NCBI GenBank assembly: GCA_041653495.1
Contig: JBAZFF010000003.1
Span: 1-46,482, forward strand
Reading direction: 5' to 3'
Source of the DNA: Minisyncoccota bacterium
GTDB taxonomy: Bacteria; Patescibacteriota; Minisyncoccia; Minisyncoccales; RBG-13-42-11
Length of the DNA: 46,482 nucleotides
Under the pieces are notes generated by a model. It saw only the letters and a program-made list of their open reading frames with translations, ran no database searches and was not told where the DNA came from. Within the stretch, counting starts at the first letter, position 1. Each line of letters begins with the position of its first letter. Of the stretch, positions 8,338 to 16,679 are shown in pieces. Made by a program: the position numbers and the translations under genes.

Positions 8338-9296
8338 AGGCTAAAATGAGTCTATTCCTCGATTCGGGTGCCCCGTCTCTGTATAACGAATTAAGTAGGG
8401 GAGGCGGAACCAAAGGGAAGGCTGTCATGGGTTCGTTCTACGAGGATAGGAAGTTTGACGATTTTTCTTTCCTTGAATCCCAGCAGTACAAAGATCATAA
8501 AAAGAGGTATGTCGAATTTGTCAAAGCAAATGAGAAGTACCTTGATGTCTATGTTAACCTTGATATCATCCATAATGCAGAAGAGACTTGGAAGAACCAG
8601 TTGGAGCTCGAAGCTGCCGGTATTCATCCTCTTCCTGTATTTCATCTTGGTTCTGATTTGAAATGGCTTCGGATGCTACTTGATAAAGGGTATAAGTACA
8701 TCGCAATGGGCGGGCTTATCCCGGACCCTCCGTCTGTAATCTGTCCTGCCCTTGATAAGATATGGGGAGAAATCCTTACAGACAAAAAAGGTTTTCCGAA
8801 GGTCAAAGTTCATGGATTCGGGATTACATCCCCAAAGGTTCTTGTCAGGTATCCCTGGTTCAGTGTTGACAGTTCCTCTTGGTTGAAGATTGGGGTATAT
8901 GGATCGATATTGCTCCCCAAAAAATCCTTTGGGAAATTTGTTTATGATTCCTCACCTTCCCAAGTTTTTGTTTCTTCCCGTTCAGGGTGCAGGAACGAAG
9001 ATAGCGGCAGGCATTATGATAGTTTGTCTAAATTTGAACAGGAAACAGTAAAGGATTATATCCTTTCTCTCGGCGTCCCTTTTGGAAAAAGCTATTTCAA
9101 AGAGGTAAAGGAAGGGTATGTTCTGAAAGAAGGAGAGAGGGAAGCATCAAAAGGACAGGTCGAGGTTATAGAAGAGAATGGTGTTTGCACGGATTTTCAT
9201 AAGAGGAACAAAGTGAATTTGTACTACTATCTCCAGTTAGGTGCTTCTGTCCCAGAATGGCCGTGGTCTTTTAAGAGAAGAGGATTTGGATTATGA
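8322..9296 (+). CDS. dpdA: DpdA-like DNA guanine transglycosylase (TGT superfamily)
   Basis: 'FLDSGAPS' parallels the TGT catalytic 'DSGGFQ', 'YIAMGGLIP' parallels 'AIGGLSVGE', and 'VHGFGITSP' parallels 'LMGVGTP'. 'SVDSSSW' is also present. The tRNA-TGT zinc motif is absent. Context with folE/queD/queE supports the call. The ATG at 8346 is an alternative start. Confidence 0.7.
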   Translation: MAKGLKAKMSLFLDSGAPSLYNELSRGGGTKGKAVMGSFYEDRKFDDFSFLESQQYKDHKKRYVEFVKANEKYLDVYVNLDIIHNAEETWKNQLELEAAGIHPLPVFHLGSDLKWLRMLLDKGYKYIAMGGLIPDPPSVICPALDKIWGEILTDKKGFPKVKVHGFGITSPKVLVRYPWFSVDSSSWLKIGVYGSILLPKKSFGKFVYDSSPSQVFVSSRSGCRNEDSGRHYDSLSKFEQETVKDYILSLGVPFGKSYFKEVKEGYVLKEGEREASKGQVEVIEENGVCTDFHKRNKVNLYYYLQLGASVPEWPWSFKRRGFGL

Positions 9297-9499
9297 AATT
9301 ATATATCGCTGGCCATAATGATGGTCTTGGCAGTGAGGAAGGCGGAGTTGCAGGAAGGGAGGTTTCGCCAGAAGTTGAAGCTTTGACCTACGCAAACGGA
9401 CTTGGGTTGGAATACTGCCGATTGATTTCTTTCTATTATCCAAGAATGGTTGAAGAAAACATATCTTTGAAAAAGGAGATTATGAATGGCAAAAAATAG
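9293..9499 (+). CDS. hypothetical small protein
   Basis: 68-aa ORF translationally coupled to both neighbours. No motif. Confidence 0.35.
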   Translation: MKLYIAGHNDGLGSEEGGVAGREVSPEVEALTYANGLGLEYCRLISFYYPRMVEENISLKKEIMNGKK

Positions 9500-10529
9500 T
9501 GTGGAGATCAAAAAGGACAGTTTCCTTCCTATCGTTAATGTGATTAAGTCTGGTCTCTCAGAAAGGGGTCTTGTCGAACAGTTTTCACATTTCACATTTA
9601 CGGGCACTCATATCGTTTCGTTCAACGATAAAGTGTCTCTTTTATACCCTTTTGAAATACCTTTTTCTTTTTCCATCAAGGGTGATATTTTCATCTCTGT
9701 TCTGAACAAGATAAAAGGCGATGTCAGTATGGAACTCAAAGGGAATCAAGTTTTCCTTGTCAGCGAAAGCAAAGAGGCCAAGGAGAAGAGCGAATCTGGA
9801 TTGAATATTACAAAAGATATATCGTCCATTACAGATAGGGTTGAAATACCCAATAGCAAAAAATGGAAAGCATTGCCCGAAGGCTTTTTTGAGGGCGTCA
9901 AGCTATGCAGCTTCAATGTTTCGGCCGATGTGACTCATCCTTATCTTAACTGCCTTTGTATCGGGGGAGGAGAAATCAGGTCTTCCGATAATATCAGAAT
10001 CAGTCGATATTCTCTTCCTGAAGACATCAAGCCAATGATGATTCAAAGATCGTCTTTGTCCACGTTGGTGGGTCTTGGTCTTGATCTGGTCTCTTATCAG
10101 ATATCGGGGGCATGGTATCACTTTCTTTCCAAAGACGGTATTGTTTTTTCATGCAAAGGAATCGACGAGAAGTTTCCCGATGTCTCGCCCTATTTTGAGT
10201 TTGAAGGTTCTTTGTTTGATGTCCCAGAAGAACTCAAAGAAATTATCGAAGATGTTTCGATTTTGTGCGAGGGAGATTTTGAAATAGATAGAGTGGTCGA
10301 TGTTCAGATTCTCAAAAAGGAAATCATTTGCTCTGGAAAAGGCAGCCAAGGTTTTTTCACAAAGACCATCCCTTACCAAGCCCAAAAGTTTTGGAAGGAC
10401 CTTAAATTTTCTGTCAGCGCGAAATTCTTTTCCCAGGTTCTTTTGCATAAAGTAAAAATGGGCGTGGATGAAAACAAGTTAATCTTCAATGCCGACCAAT
10501 TTTCTCATGTCATGAGTCTTCAAGCATAG
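9486..10529 (+). CDS. sliding clamp-like protein (DNA polymerase III beta-like), tentative
   Basis: Size is 347 aa and it sits immediately upstream of dnaE and the clamp loader. The N-terminal pattern 'L..I...LSERGLVEQFSHFTFTGTHIVSFNDKVS' resembles beta-clamp domain I. There is no strict motif, so the call rests mostly on context. Confidence 0.45.
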   Translation: MAKNSVEIKKDSFLPIVNVIKSGLSERGLVEQFSHFTFTGTHIVSFNDKVSLLYPFEIPFSFSIKGDIFISVLNKIKGDVSMELKGNQVFLVSESKEAKEKSESGLNITKDISSITDRVEIPNSKKWKALPEGFFEGVKLCSFNVSADVTHPYLNCLCIGGGEIRSSDNIRISRYSLPEDIKPMMIQRSSLSTLVGLGLDLVSYQISGAWYHFLSKDGIVFSCKGIDEKFPDVSPYFEFEGSLFDVPEELKEIIEDVSILCEGDFEIDRVVDVQILKKEIICSGKGSQGFFTKTIPYQAQKFWKDLKFSVSAKFFSQVLLHKVKMGVDENKLIFNADQFSHVMSLQA

Positions 10530-10537
10530 GAGTTCAA

Positions 10538-13500
10538 ATGTTTTGTCACCTTCATGTTCATACAGAACATTCTCTGCTGGACGGGTATGGTTCTGCGAAA
10601 AAATATGTGGATAAAGCAAAGCAGTTAGGGTTTGAGTATCTCGGCATCTCTGATCACAGCAATGTAGACGGAGTGATTCAATTCCAAAAGGAATGCAAGA
10701 AGGCCGGTATCAAATCAATTATTGGCTGCGAATTATATTATGTCCCCGATATGGAGATTAAGGAAAAAAGGGAGAAGAGGTATCACCTTACTGTTCTTGT
10801 GAAAAACGAAACAGGGTTTCAGAATCTTTGCAAGATTCTCACCTTGGCAAATTTGAAGGGTTTCTATTACAAGCCAAGGGCAGATTTCAATTCAATTATA
10901 GAGATGAGTAACGGTCTTGTTTTCCTCTCCGGTTGTTCTGCAAGCGCATTGCGGGATCAAAAGGGCGAAGAGTTTTTGATGAATCTCTCAGATAAAACCA
11001 AAGAGGTCTATCTTGAAGTCATGCCCCATGCGATAGAGCCGCAATACGAGGTTAATAATATCTGTCTTGACATTGCCAAAGATACAGGTCTCAAATTGGT
11101 TGCTACCAACGACGCGCACTATATAGAGCAAAGGGACAATGTAATTCAAGAGATTCTGCTCGCAATCCAGACCAAAGCCTTATGGTCTGATCAAAGCAGA
11201 TTTCGTTTTTCAATGGACACCTTGTACCTTAAAACAGAAGGTGAGATGCGTAGGGCTTTCAAGGAGCAAAACTTGTTGTCCACTCCTGAGTATCTCGAAG
11301 CAATCAACAACACAATTGAAGTGGCTGAAAAATGTAGCGGATTTGAAATTAAAAAGAAGGACATTTGGTTGCCAGAAGTGGATACCTCTTCTACGAATGG
11401 AGAAAAACTTAGCGAAGAAGATTACATCAGGTCATTATGTTGCGAAGGTTATTATGATCTATTCGGCAAAGAATTGTCCGGTCATTATCAGCAGCGGTTT
11501 GAAGAAGAACTTAATTTGATTAAATCCAAGAAATTCATCCGGTATTTTTTAGTGGTGCATGAGCTTGTCTGTTGGTGTAAAGAAAACGACATCTTCACAG
11601 GTCCGGGACGAGGATCTGTTGGAGGGTGCCTTATTGCCTATCTTCTCGGTATTACCAAAATAGATCCGATTAAGCATGGTCTGCTTTTTTCTCGGTTCAT
11701 AAATGAAGACAGAATTGATTATCCTGATATTGATATTGATTTCGAGGACACAAAAAGGGACCTTATCCGGCGGCATTTGGAAGATCGGTACGGATCGAAT
11801 AATATTTCGTCTGTTTCCACTTTTCAGAAAATGAAAGGAAGAATGACGATCAAAGATGTCGGCAGGGTTTTTGATATTCCTTATAAGGAGCTTGATGAAT
11901 TTTCCAAGACGATTATTGACGAGGATAACAATGGCGATTCCTCTATTATCACGGCTGCGAAGGGTCACCCGTTTGCAGAAAAATATCCCGAGATAATAGA
12001 TTATGCTTCGAGGCTCGAAGGTACTTTAAGGGGTACGGGACAGCATGCCGCAGCATTGATTGTTTCTGCCGAGGATCTTACCCAAGGGACAAGAGGTAAT
12101 TTGTCCATGAGAAAAGATCATGAAGCGATAAATTGGGATAAGGATGATGCAGAATTTTTAGGCTTGATGAAGCTGGATGTCCTTGCACTCAAGACTTTGT
12201 CTATTTTAAGTGAAGCGAGAAAGCAAGTCCAAAAAGCCAAAGGTGTTGATATCATATATGAAGATTTGCCTTTGAATGACAAGAGGGTTTTTGAAATGCT
12301 TTCGAAGGGAGAGACTGTGGGTATCTTTCAGTTCAATATGTGGGCGACTACAGATATCTGCAAGAAGATGGGAATTGAAGATTTCAATATGATGGTTGCT
12401 GCTCTTGCTCTTGTCCGGCCTGGTGTTTCTGATTCAGGGATGAAAGATGAATTCATCAGGAGAAAAAAAGGCAGGCGGTGGAAGCGGAAACATGATTTGT
12501 ACGAAGAGATTACCAAAGACACTTTCGGTATTATCATCTACCAAGAACAGGTGATGAAGGTCATATATCAAATGGCAGGTCTTCCCTACTCGGTAGCAGA
12601 CAAGATTAGGAAGATTATTTCAAAGAAAAGAGATGTTAAGGAGTTTGAGCAGTATAAGCAAATGTTTTTTGATGGTTGCCGTAAGCAAAAGACTATGTCA
12701 AGGCAAGAGGCCCAAGATTTCTGGGAGATGTTAGAAAAACATGCAAGTTACTCATTTAACGAATCCCACTCTTGTGCTTATTCAGTATTGGCCTATCATT
12801 GTGCTTACATGAAATTGAAATATCCAGCGGAGTTTATTTGCGCCAATTTGATTCATGCAGCCGATACTAAGAAGGAAGAATTGATTGAAGAGGCAAAAAG
12901 GCTGGGTTTGCACCTTGTTCTGCCCCGGGTTGGTGTGTCAGATGCCCATCTGTGGGTTGTCAGGGGTGATAAAATCTATGTTCCTTTTATAGAAATTAAA
13001 GGTGTCGGTGAGAAAACGGCTGAGGACTTTGCTAATTATACCGGGTTGATCGTTCCTGTGAAAAATGATCAGGATGTTGTTGAAAAAGAAGAGCCTTTGG
13101 GAAAGGTTGATAAAAGTAGACCCAAGGGATTCTTCTTTCAAGATGAAGAAAAGGAAAAGATTCCAAAGACAAGATTGGGGAAAATAACGAAAAAACAGAA
13201 GGAAACCAAAGTCGGTAAGATTCTGAGAGAGATTGGGGCTCTTGGTAACGAGCCTGAAGGAGATCTGTCGAAGTATTTCTCTTTTGATGTTTCTGCATTT
13301 GGTGGCATATCAAAGAAATATCCAAAGCTTCAGGAATTTATTGGTCAGACGACGAACGATATCTCTGAAGTGGCCAGACTTGAAATTTCATCTTTTGATG
13401 ATTATAGTGCCGTTATCAAATCTGCCAAGTACAGGAATAGAAGAATCTCCGGCTGTGAAGAATGCGAATTGAGAAAACAAGCGAAGCAGCCAGTTCTCTC

Positions 13501-15019
13501 ATCGTGTGGAAAATATAATATTCCTATTATTGGGGAAGCTCCGGGTTGTATTTCTGGCGATTCTATGATTGAGGTTGCCTTTCGAGATAAAACAAAATTT
13601 CCGAAAGGGATACCAATAAAAGATTTGGAAGGAGAGAAAGATTTTTATGTTTATTCTTTTGATATCCATAAACATATGATGGTTATCGATAAAGTGAAAA
13701 GAGTTTGGCAAACAGGGAGAAAGAAAATTTACGAAGTAACTTATGAATGGTGGATGTTTACGAAAGAAGGTAAAAGAGAGAAAAAAGTTGAAAGATTGAG
13801 AGTGACGGCTAATCATATGTTTTTATTGAAAAAACCAACTTCTGGAAAACATGATCCTTTTAAAGGGATAAATAACGAAAGGGAGATTTATTTATCAATT
13901 GATCAGGGATTAAAGGTTGGGCATAGTTTACAGCCTTTTTATCGTATGAATTTGGATTATGGTTATATAAGGACTGCCGATGAACAATATCGGAAAGAAG
14001 CTCAGGTTTTATTGGAATTTAAATTAAAGCGCAAATTGAAAGTAGATGGTCGTGGTAAAGGAGGAAATTGTCATCATAAAAATGAGAATAAATTAGATGA
14101 TACTTGGGATAATTTAGACTTTTTAACAATATCTAAACACAGATCTCTTCATAGTACGGGGGATAAGAATGCCATGAAAAATCCTGAGATAAAGGCAAGG
14201 CATTTAACTATTATGAGATCAGAAGGATACCGTTCTAATATGAGTAAGATAATGAAGAGAGTGTTAAGGAACCCCCAGACCTATCAGAAGAGATTAGAAG
14301 GGATAAAAAAGTCGAACGATTCCAGATCGGCCACAGTTAAAAGGTTATATGATGATCCCTTACATTATTATAGATATTTATTAGGGAAGATGAATTCTAA
14401 AAGTTTTAATGTCAAAGATACATGGGTAGAAGAAAAGTTTAAAAATAGATTTCCTAATGATTTATTTCCGCCTATTGAAAATCATAAGATTATAGATATC
14501 TGTTATATAGGAGAAGATTCTGTTTATGATATGGAAACAGCAAGGTTCCATAACTTTGCTGTTAATGGAGTTTTTGTTCATAATAGTAGTGAAGATGAGA
14601 AGGCCAAAGGATTCATTGGCAAAGCAGGAGATTTGCTTTGGGATTCTCTGGACAAGTATAAATTGGTTCGAGAGTTTTTTCATGTTTGCAATGCCTGTCG
14701 CTGTTTTCCTGGTACGATCAAGACCCCAAAGCCAGAACATATTGCAGCTTGTTCTCACTGGCTTGATGATGAACTTAAGAATCTCGATGCAAAGATTTGT
14801 CTTGTTCTTGGTAACGTAGCTCTTAGGTACATCAAAGGAGTTGATGGTGGTATCACTTCTCTTTGTGGGACAACAGAATGGTCGGAGGAAAAGAATCTTT
14901 GGGTATGCTATGGATTGCATCCTTCGGCGGTCTTGAGAGATCCAAGTAAGCGAGAAAAATTCAATGAAGGAATTAAGAATTTTTCCGATAAGATAAAATT
15001 ATTGGGAGGCTTGAAATGA
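10538..15019 (+). CDS. dnaE: DNA polymerase III alpha (DnaE) fused to a C-terminal family-4 UDG-like domain, interrupted by an HNH intein
   Basis: PHP domain 'HLHVHTEHSLLDG', palm 'GPGRGSVGGCLIAYLLGITKIDPIKHGLLFSRFINEDRIDYPDIDIDFE' and HhH 'IKGVGEKTAEDF'. The C-terminus has 'CEECELRKQ...IIGEAPG|SSEDEKAKGFIGKAGDLL' and 'GLHPSAVLR', which are UDG family 4 motifs A and B. Confidence 0.9.
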   Translation: MFCHLHVHTEHSLLDGYGSAKKYVDKAKQLGFEYLGISDHSNVDGVIQFQKECKKAGIKSIIGCELYYVPDMEIKEKREKRYHLTVLVKNETGFQNLCKILTLANLKGFYYKPRADFNSIIEMSNGLVFLSGCSASALRDQKGEEFLMNLSDKTKEVYLEVMPHAIEPQYEVNNICLDIAKDTGLKLVATNDAHYIEQRDNVIQEILLAIQTKALWSDQSRFRFSMDTLYLKTEGEMRRAFKEQNLLSTPEYLEAINNTIEVAEKCSGFEIKKKDIWLPEVDTSSTNGEKLSEEDYIRSLCCEGYYDLFGKELSGHYQQRFEEELNLIKSKKFIRYFLVVHELVCWCKENDIFTGPGRGSVGGCLIAYLLGITKIDPIKHGLLFSRFINEDRIDYPDIDIDFEDTKRDLIRRHLEDRYGSNNISSVSTFQKMKGRMTIKDVGRVFDIPYKELDEFSKTIIDEDNNGDSSIITAAKGHPFAEKYPEIIDYASRLEGTLRGTGQHAAALIVSAEDLTQGTRGNLSMRKDHEAINWDKDDAEFLGLMKLDVLALKTLSILSEARKQVQKAKGVDIIYEDLPLNDKRVFEMLSKGETVGIFQFNMWATTDICKKMGIEDFNMMVAALALVRPGVSDSGMKDEFIRRKKGRRWKRKHDLYEEITKDTFGIIIYQEQVMKVIYQMAGLPYSVADKIRKIISKKRDVKEFEQYKQMFFDGCRKQKTMSRQEAQDFWEMLEKHASYSFNESHSCAYSVLAYHCAYMKLKYPAEFICANLIHAADTKKEELIEEAKRLGLHLVLPRVGVSDAHLWVVRGDKIYVPFIEIKGVGEKTAEDFANYTGLIVPVKNDQDVVEKEEPLGKVDKSRPKGFFFQDEEKEKIPKTRLGKITKKQKETKVGKILREIGALGNEPEGDLSKYFSFDVSAFGGISKKYPKLQEFIGQTTNDISEVARLEISSFDDYSAVIKSAKYRNRRISGCEECELRKQAKQPVLSSCGKYNIPIIGEAPGCISGDSMIEVAFRDKTKFPKGIPIKDLEGEKDFYVYSFDIHKHMMVIDKVKRVWQTGRKKIYEVTYEWWMFTKEGKREKKVERLRVTANHMFLLKKPTSGKHDPFKGINNEREIYLSIDQGLKVGHSLQPFYRMNLDYGYIRTADEQYRKEAQVLLEFKLKRKLKVDGRGKGGNCHHKNENKLDDTWDNLDFLTISKHRSLHSTGDKNAMKNPEIKARHLTIMRSEGYRSNMSKIMKRVLRNPQTYQKRLEGIKKSNDSRSATVKRLYDDPLHYYRYLLGKMNSKSFNVKDTWVEEKFKNRFPNDLFPPIENHKIIDICYIGEDSVYDMETARFHNFAVNGVFVHNSSEDEKAKGFIGKAGDLLWDSLDKYKLVREFFHVCNACRCFPGTIKTPKPEHIAACSHWLDDELKNLDAKICLVLGNVALRYIKGVDGGITSLCGTTEWSEEKNLWVCYGLHPSAVLRDPSKREKFNEGIKNFSDKIKLLGGLK
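13547..14584 (+). mobile_element. intein (346 aa) with HNH homing-endonuclease module
   Basis: Starts 'CISGDSMIEV', has 'TANHMF' (block B), 'CHHKNENKLDDTWDNLDFLTISKHRSLH' (HNH) and NUMOD-like repeats. It ends 'VYDMET...VFVHN' followed by Ser+1. It is inserted right after the GEAPG motif, and the segment is visibly more AT-rich than the host gene. Confidence 0.88.
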
Positions 15020-15951
15020 GCAGAGATGAATCTTTGAACTTGTATTTGAAATATCGCCCTGATTGTTTTGATGAATTTGTGGGTAATGAAGCGACGGTTC
15101 AATCTTTGAAGAGTGTCGTTGTTCGCGACAAAGGAGAAGTCAGGGCTTTCTTATTTACTGGTCCATCAGGTTGCGGTAAAACAACTCTGGCGAGAATTAC
15201 TGCAAAAGAAATGGGTTGTCATGAAACCTGTTTTTATGAATACAACATCGCCAATCTTCGAGGGATAGACACGATTCGAGAAATGGCGAGTTCACTGACT
15301 TATCTACCGATGGTAGGTAAGGTCAAAGTGTATCTTTTGGACGAAACTCAAAAAATGACAGGGGATGCACAATCGGCTTTATTGAAAATTCTTGAGGATA
15401 CCCCAAAGCATGTTCGGTTTCTTCTTTGTACGACTGACCCTGATAAGCTGCTCAAAACAATCAGAACCAGGTGTACCACGTTCCATGTTTCCTCTTTGCA
15501 GAGATCGAAGATCATGAAGCTTCTTAAATGGGTTTGCGAGCAGGAGAAGGTTGCTATCGGTCTGCCCGTCCTACAGAAGATTGCCGAATACTGTGATGGT
15601 GGCCCCCGGCAGGCTTTGGTGATGCTTGATCAAATCATTGACATTGAAGATGAGAACATTGCATTGCAGGCAGTTCTTGATACGACTGTTGGGGAGGCGA
15701 ATGTTCTTGAGCTTTGCCAGAAATTGCTTTCCCCGGGGTGTCAATGGAAAACCTTATCAGGGATTCTTAAAAATATTGATGACGAGCCAGAGAAAGTCCG
15801 GTATGCTATTTTGAGTTATATGACAAAGGTTTTATTAAATGATAAGCCTTCGGATAGGATTCCTCAGATAATTGATTTGTTTACTGATACATTCATTTAT
15901 TCTGGGAAGGCAGGATTGGTTATGAATTGTTTTCTTTCTACAAAATTATAA
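15016..15951 (+). CDS. AAA+ clamp loader subunit (DnaX gamma/tau-like)
   Basis: 'YRPDCFDEFVGNE', Walker A 'GPSGCGKTT', Walker B 'YLLDETQKM' and sensor-1/SRC-like 'TIRTRCTTF'. Size is 311 aa. Confidence 0.85.
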   Translation: MSRDESLNLYLKYRPDCFDEFVGNEATVQSLKSVVVRDKGEVRAFLFTGPSGCGKTTLARITAKEMGCHETCFYEYNIANLRGIDTIREMASSLTYLPMVGKVKVYLLDETQKMTGDAQSALLKILEDTPKHVRFLLCTTDPDKLLKTIRTRCTTFHVSSLQRSKIMKLLKWVCEQEKVAIGLPVLQKIAEYCDGGPRQALVMLDQIIDIEDENIALQAVLDTTVGEANVLELCQKLLSPGCQWKTLSGILKNIDDEPEKVRYAILSYMTKVLLNDKPSDRIPQIIDLFTDTFIYSGKAGLVMNCFLSTKL

Positions 15952-15967
15952 AGATATTTTGTAAAGA

Positions 15968-15989
15968 TTTGCTTAAAGCAGTTTATAAT
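15968..15989 (+). promoter_or_regulatory. promoter-like motif copy 4 (TTTGCTTAAAGCAGTT-TATAAT)
   Basis: Intergenic, 26 nt upstream of the ATG at 16015 (RBS AAAGGAGG). Confidence 0.6.
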
Positions 15990-16014
15990 ATATATAATTA
16001 AAAGGAGGACAAGA

Positions 16015-16518
16015 ATGAGCTACAAAGATGATTTAGAAATCGATCGGTTTGCCTTGGATACAGAATGGATGAAACAACCTGTCCTTTTTGCCAAATGGGG
16101 AGAGGCAGAGGCCGAGGCGGAAGACAAACGTGATAAGCTGAAGGACCAAATGTCTGTGATAGAATCTGATCTTGCGAAGAAGGTCAGGGAAGATCCTACC
16201 AAATATGGGTTAAAAGAAAAGCCTACTGAATCAGCGATAAATGATGTGGTCAATCTTCATCCTGATTACCGGAAGGTTGTTTCAGATTACATGGAGGCGG
16301 TTAAAACAGCAAAGATCATGACTATTGCCACGAGAGCGTTCGAGCACAGAAAACGGGCTCTTGAAAAGGAAAGCGAACTTTGGATTGCTGGTTATTATTC
16401 TGATCCGAAGATTAAGTCTGAGAGGAGAGAAGATATTTCCGGTGATAATGTTGCCAAGCACAGGGAGGTTCTTGCTCAGAGCCCCCGAGGGTTAAGGAGG
16501 AGAGAAAGAACGTCATGA
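16015..16518 (+). CDS. hypothetical protein (coiled-coil rich)
   Basis: Strong RBS AAAGGAGG and a clean 167-aa ORF. No motif recognised. It lies between the clamp loader and the SSB. Confidence 0.6.
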   Translation: MSYKDDLEIDRFALDTEWMKQPVLFAKWGEAEAEAEDKRDKLKDQMSVIESDLAKKVREDPTKYGLKEKPTESAINDVVNLHPDYRKVVSDYMEAVKTAKIMTIATRAFEHRKRALEKESELWIAGYYSDPKIKSERREDISGDNVAKHREVLAQSPRGLRRRERTS

Positions 16519-16679
16519 CTTTGACCCTAAAAATTATTTTAGGCCTTTGTTGTCTTCCTATTGGATATGTTCTCATTAGGCTCATTTCAAAGGCTATTTT
16601 CCAAAGTTTTTTTGAAGTGAAGAAGAAATTCAAAGACGAGAGAAAGGGAGAAGGAGATTATGGGAAGGGACAGGAGTAA
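16515..16679 (+). CDS. possible small membrane protein (54 aa)
   Basis: The ATG overlaps the previous stop (ATGA). It encodes 'MTLTLKIILGLCCLPIGYVLIRLISKAIF...' with one hydrophobic helix. It is below the ORF-track size cutoff and overlaps the SSB start by 20 nt. Confidence 0.3.
   Translation: MTLTLKIILGLCCLPIGYVLIRLISKAIFQSFFEVKKKFKDERKGEGDYGKGQE

Noticed and set aside
15016-15951. Programmed frameshift in the dnaX-like clamp-loader gene, as in the E. coli tau/gamma pair.
   Set aside because: There is no A-AAA-AAG-type slippery heptamer or downstream hairpin in the gene. The protein is already gamma-sized.
15968-15989. Similarity of the upstream box (TTGCTTAA / TTGATTAA) to the T4 MotA box (TGCTTtA).
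   Set aside because: In T4 middle promoters the MotA box is centred near -30, about 12 bp from the -10 element. Here the box is only about 6-9 nt from the TATAAT, and I found no MotA/AsiA-like genes. The resemblance is probably superficial.
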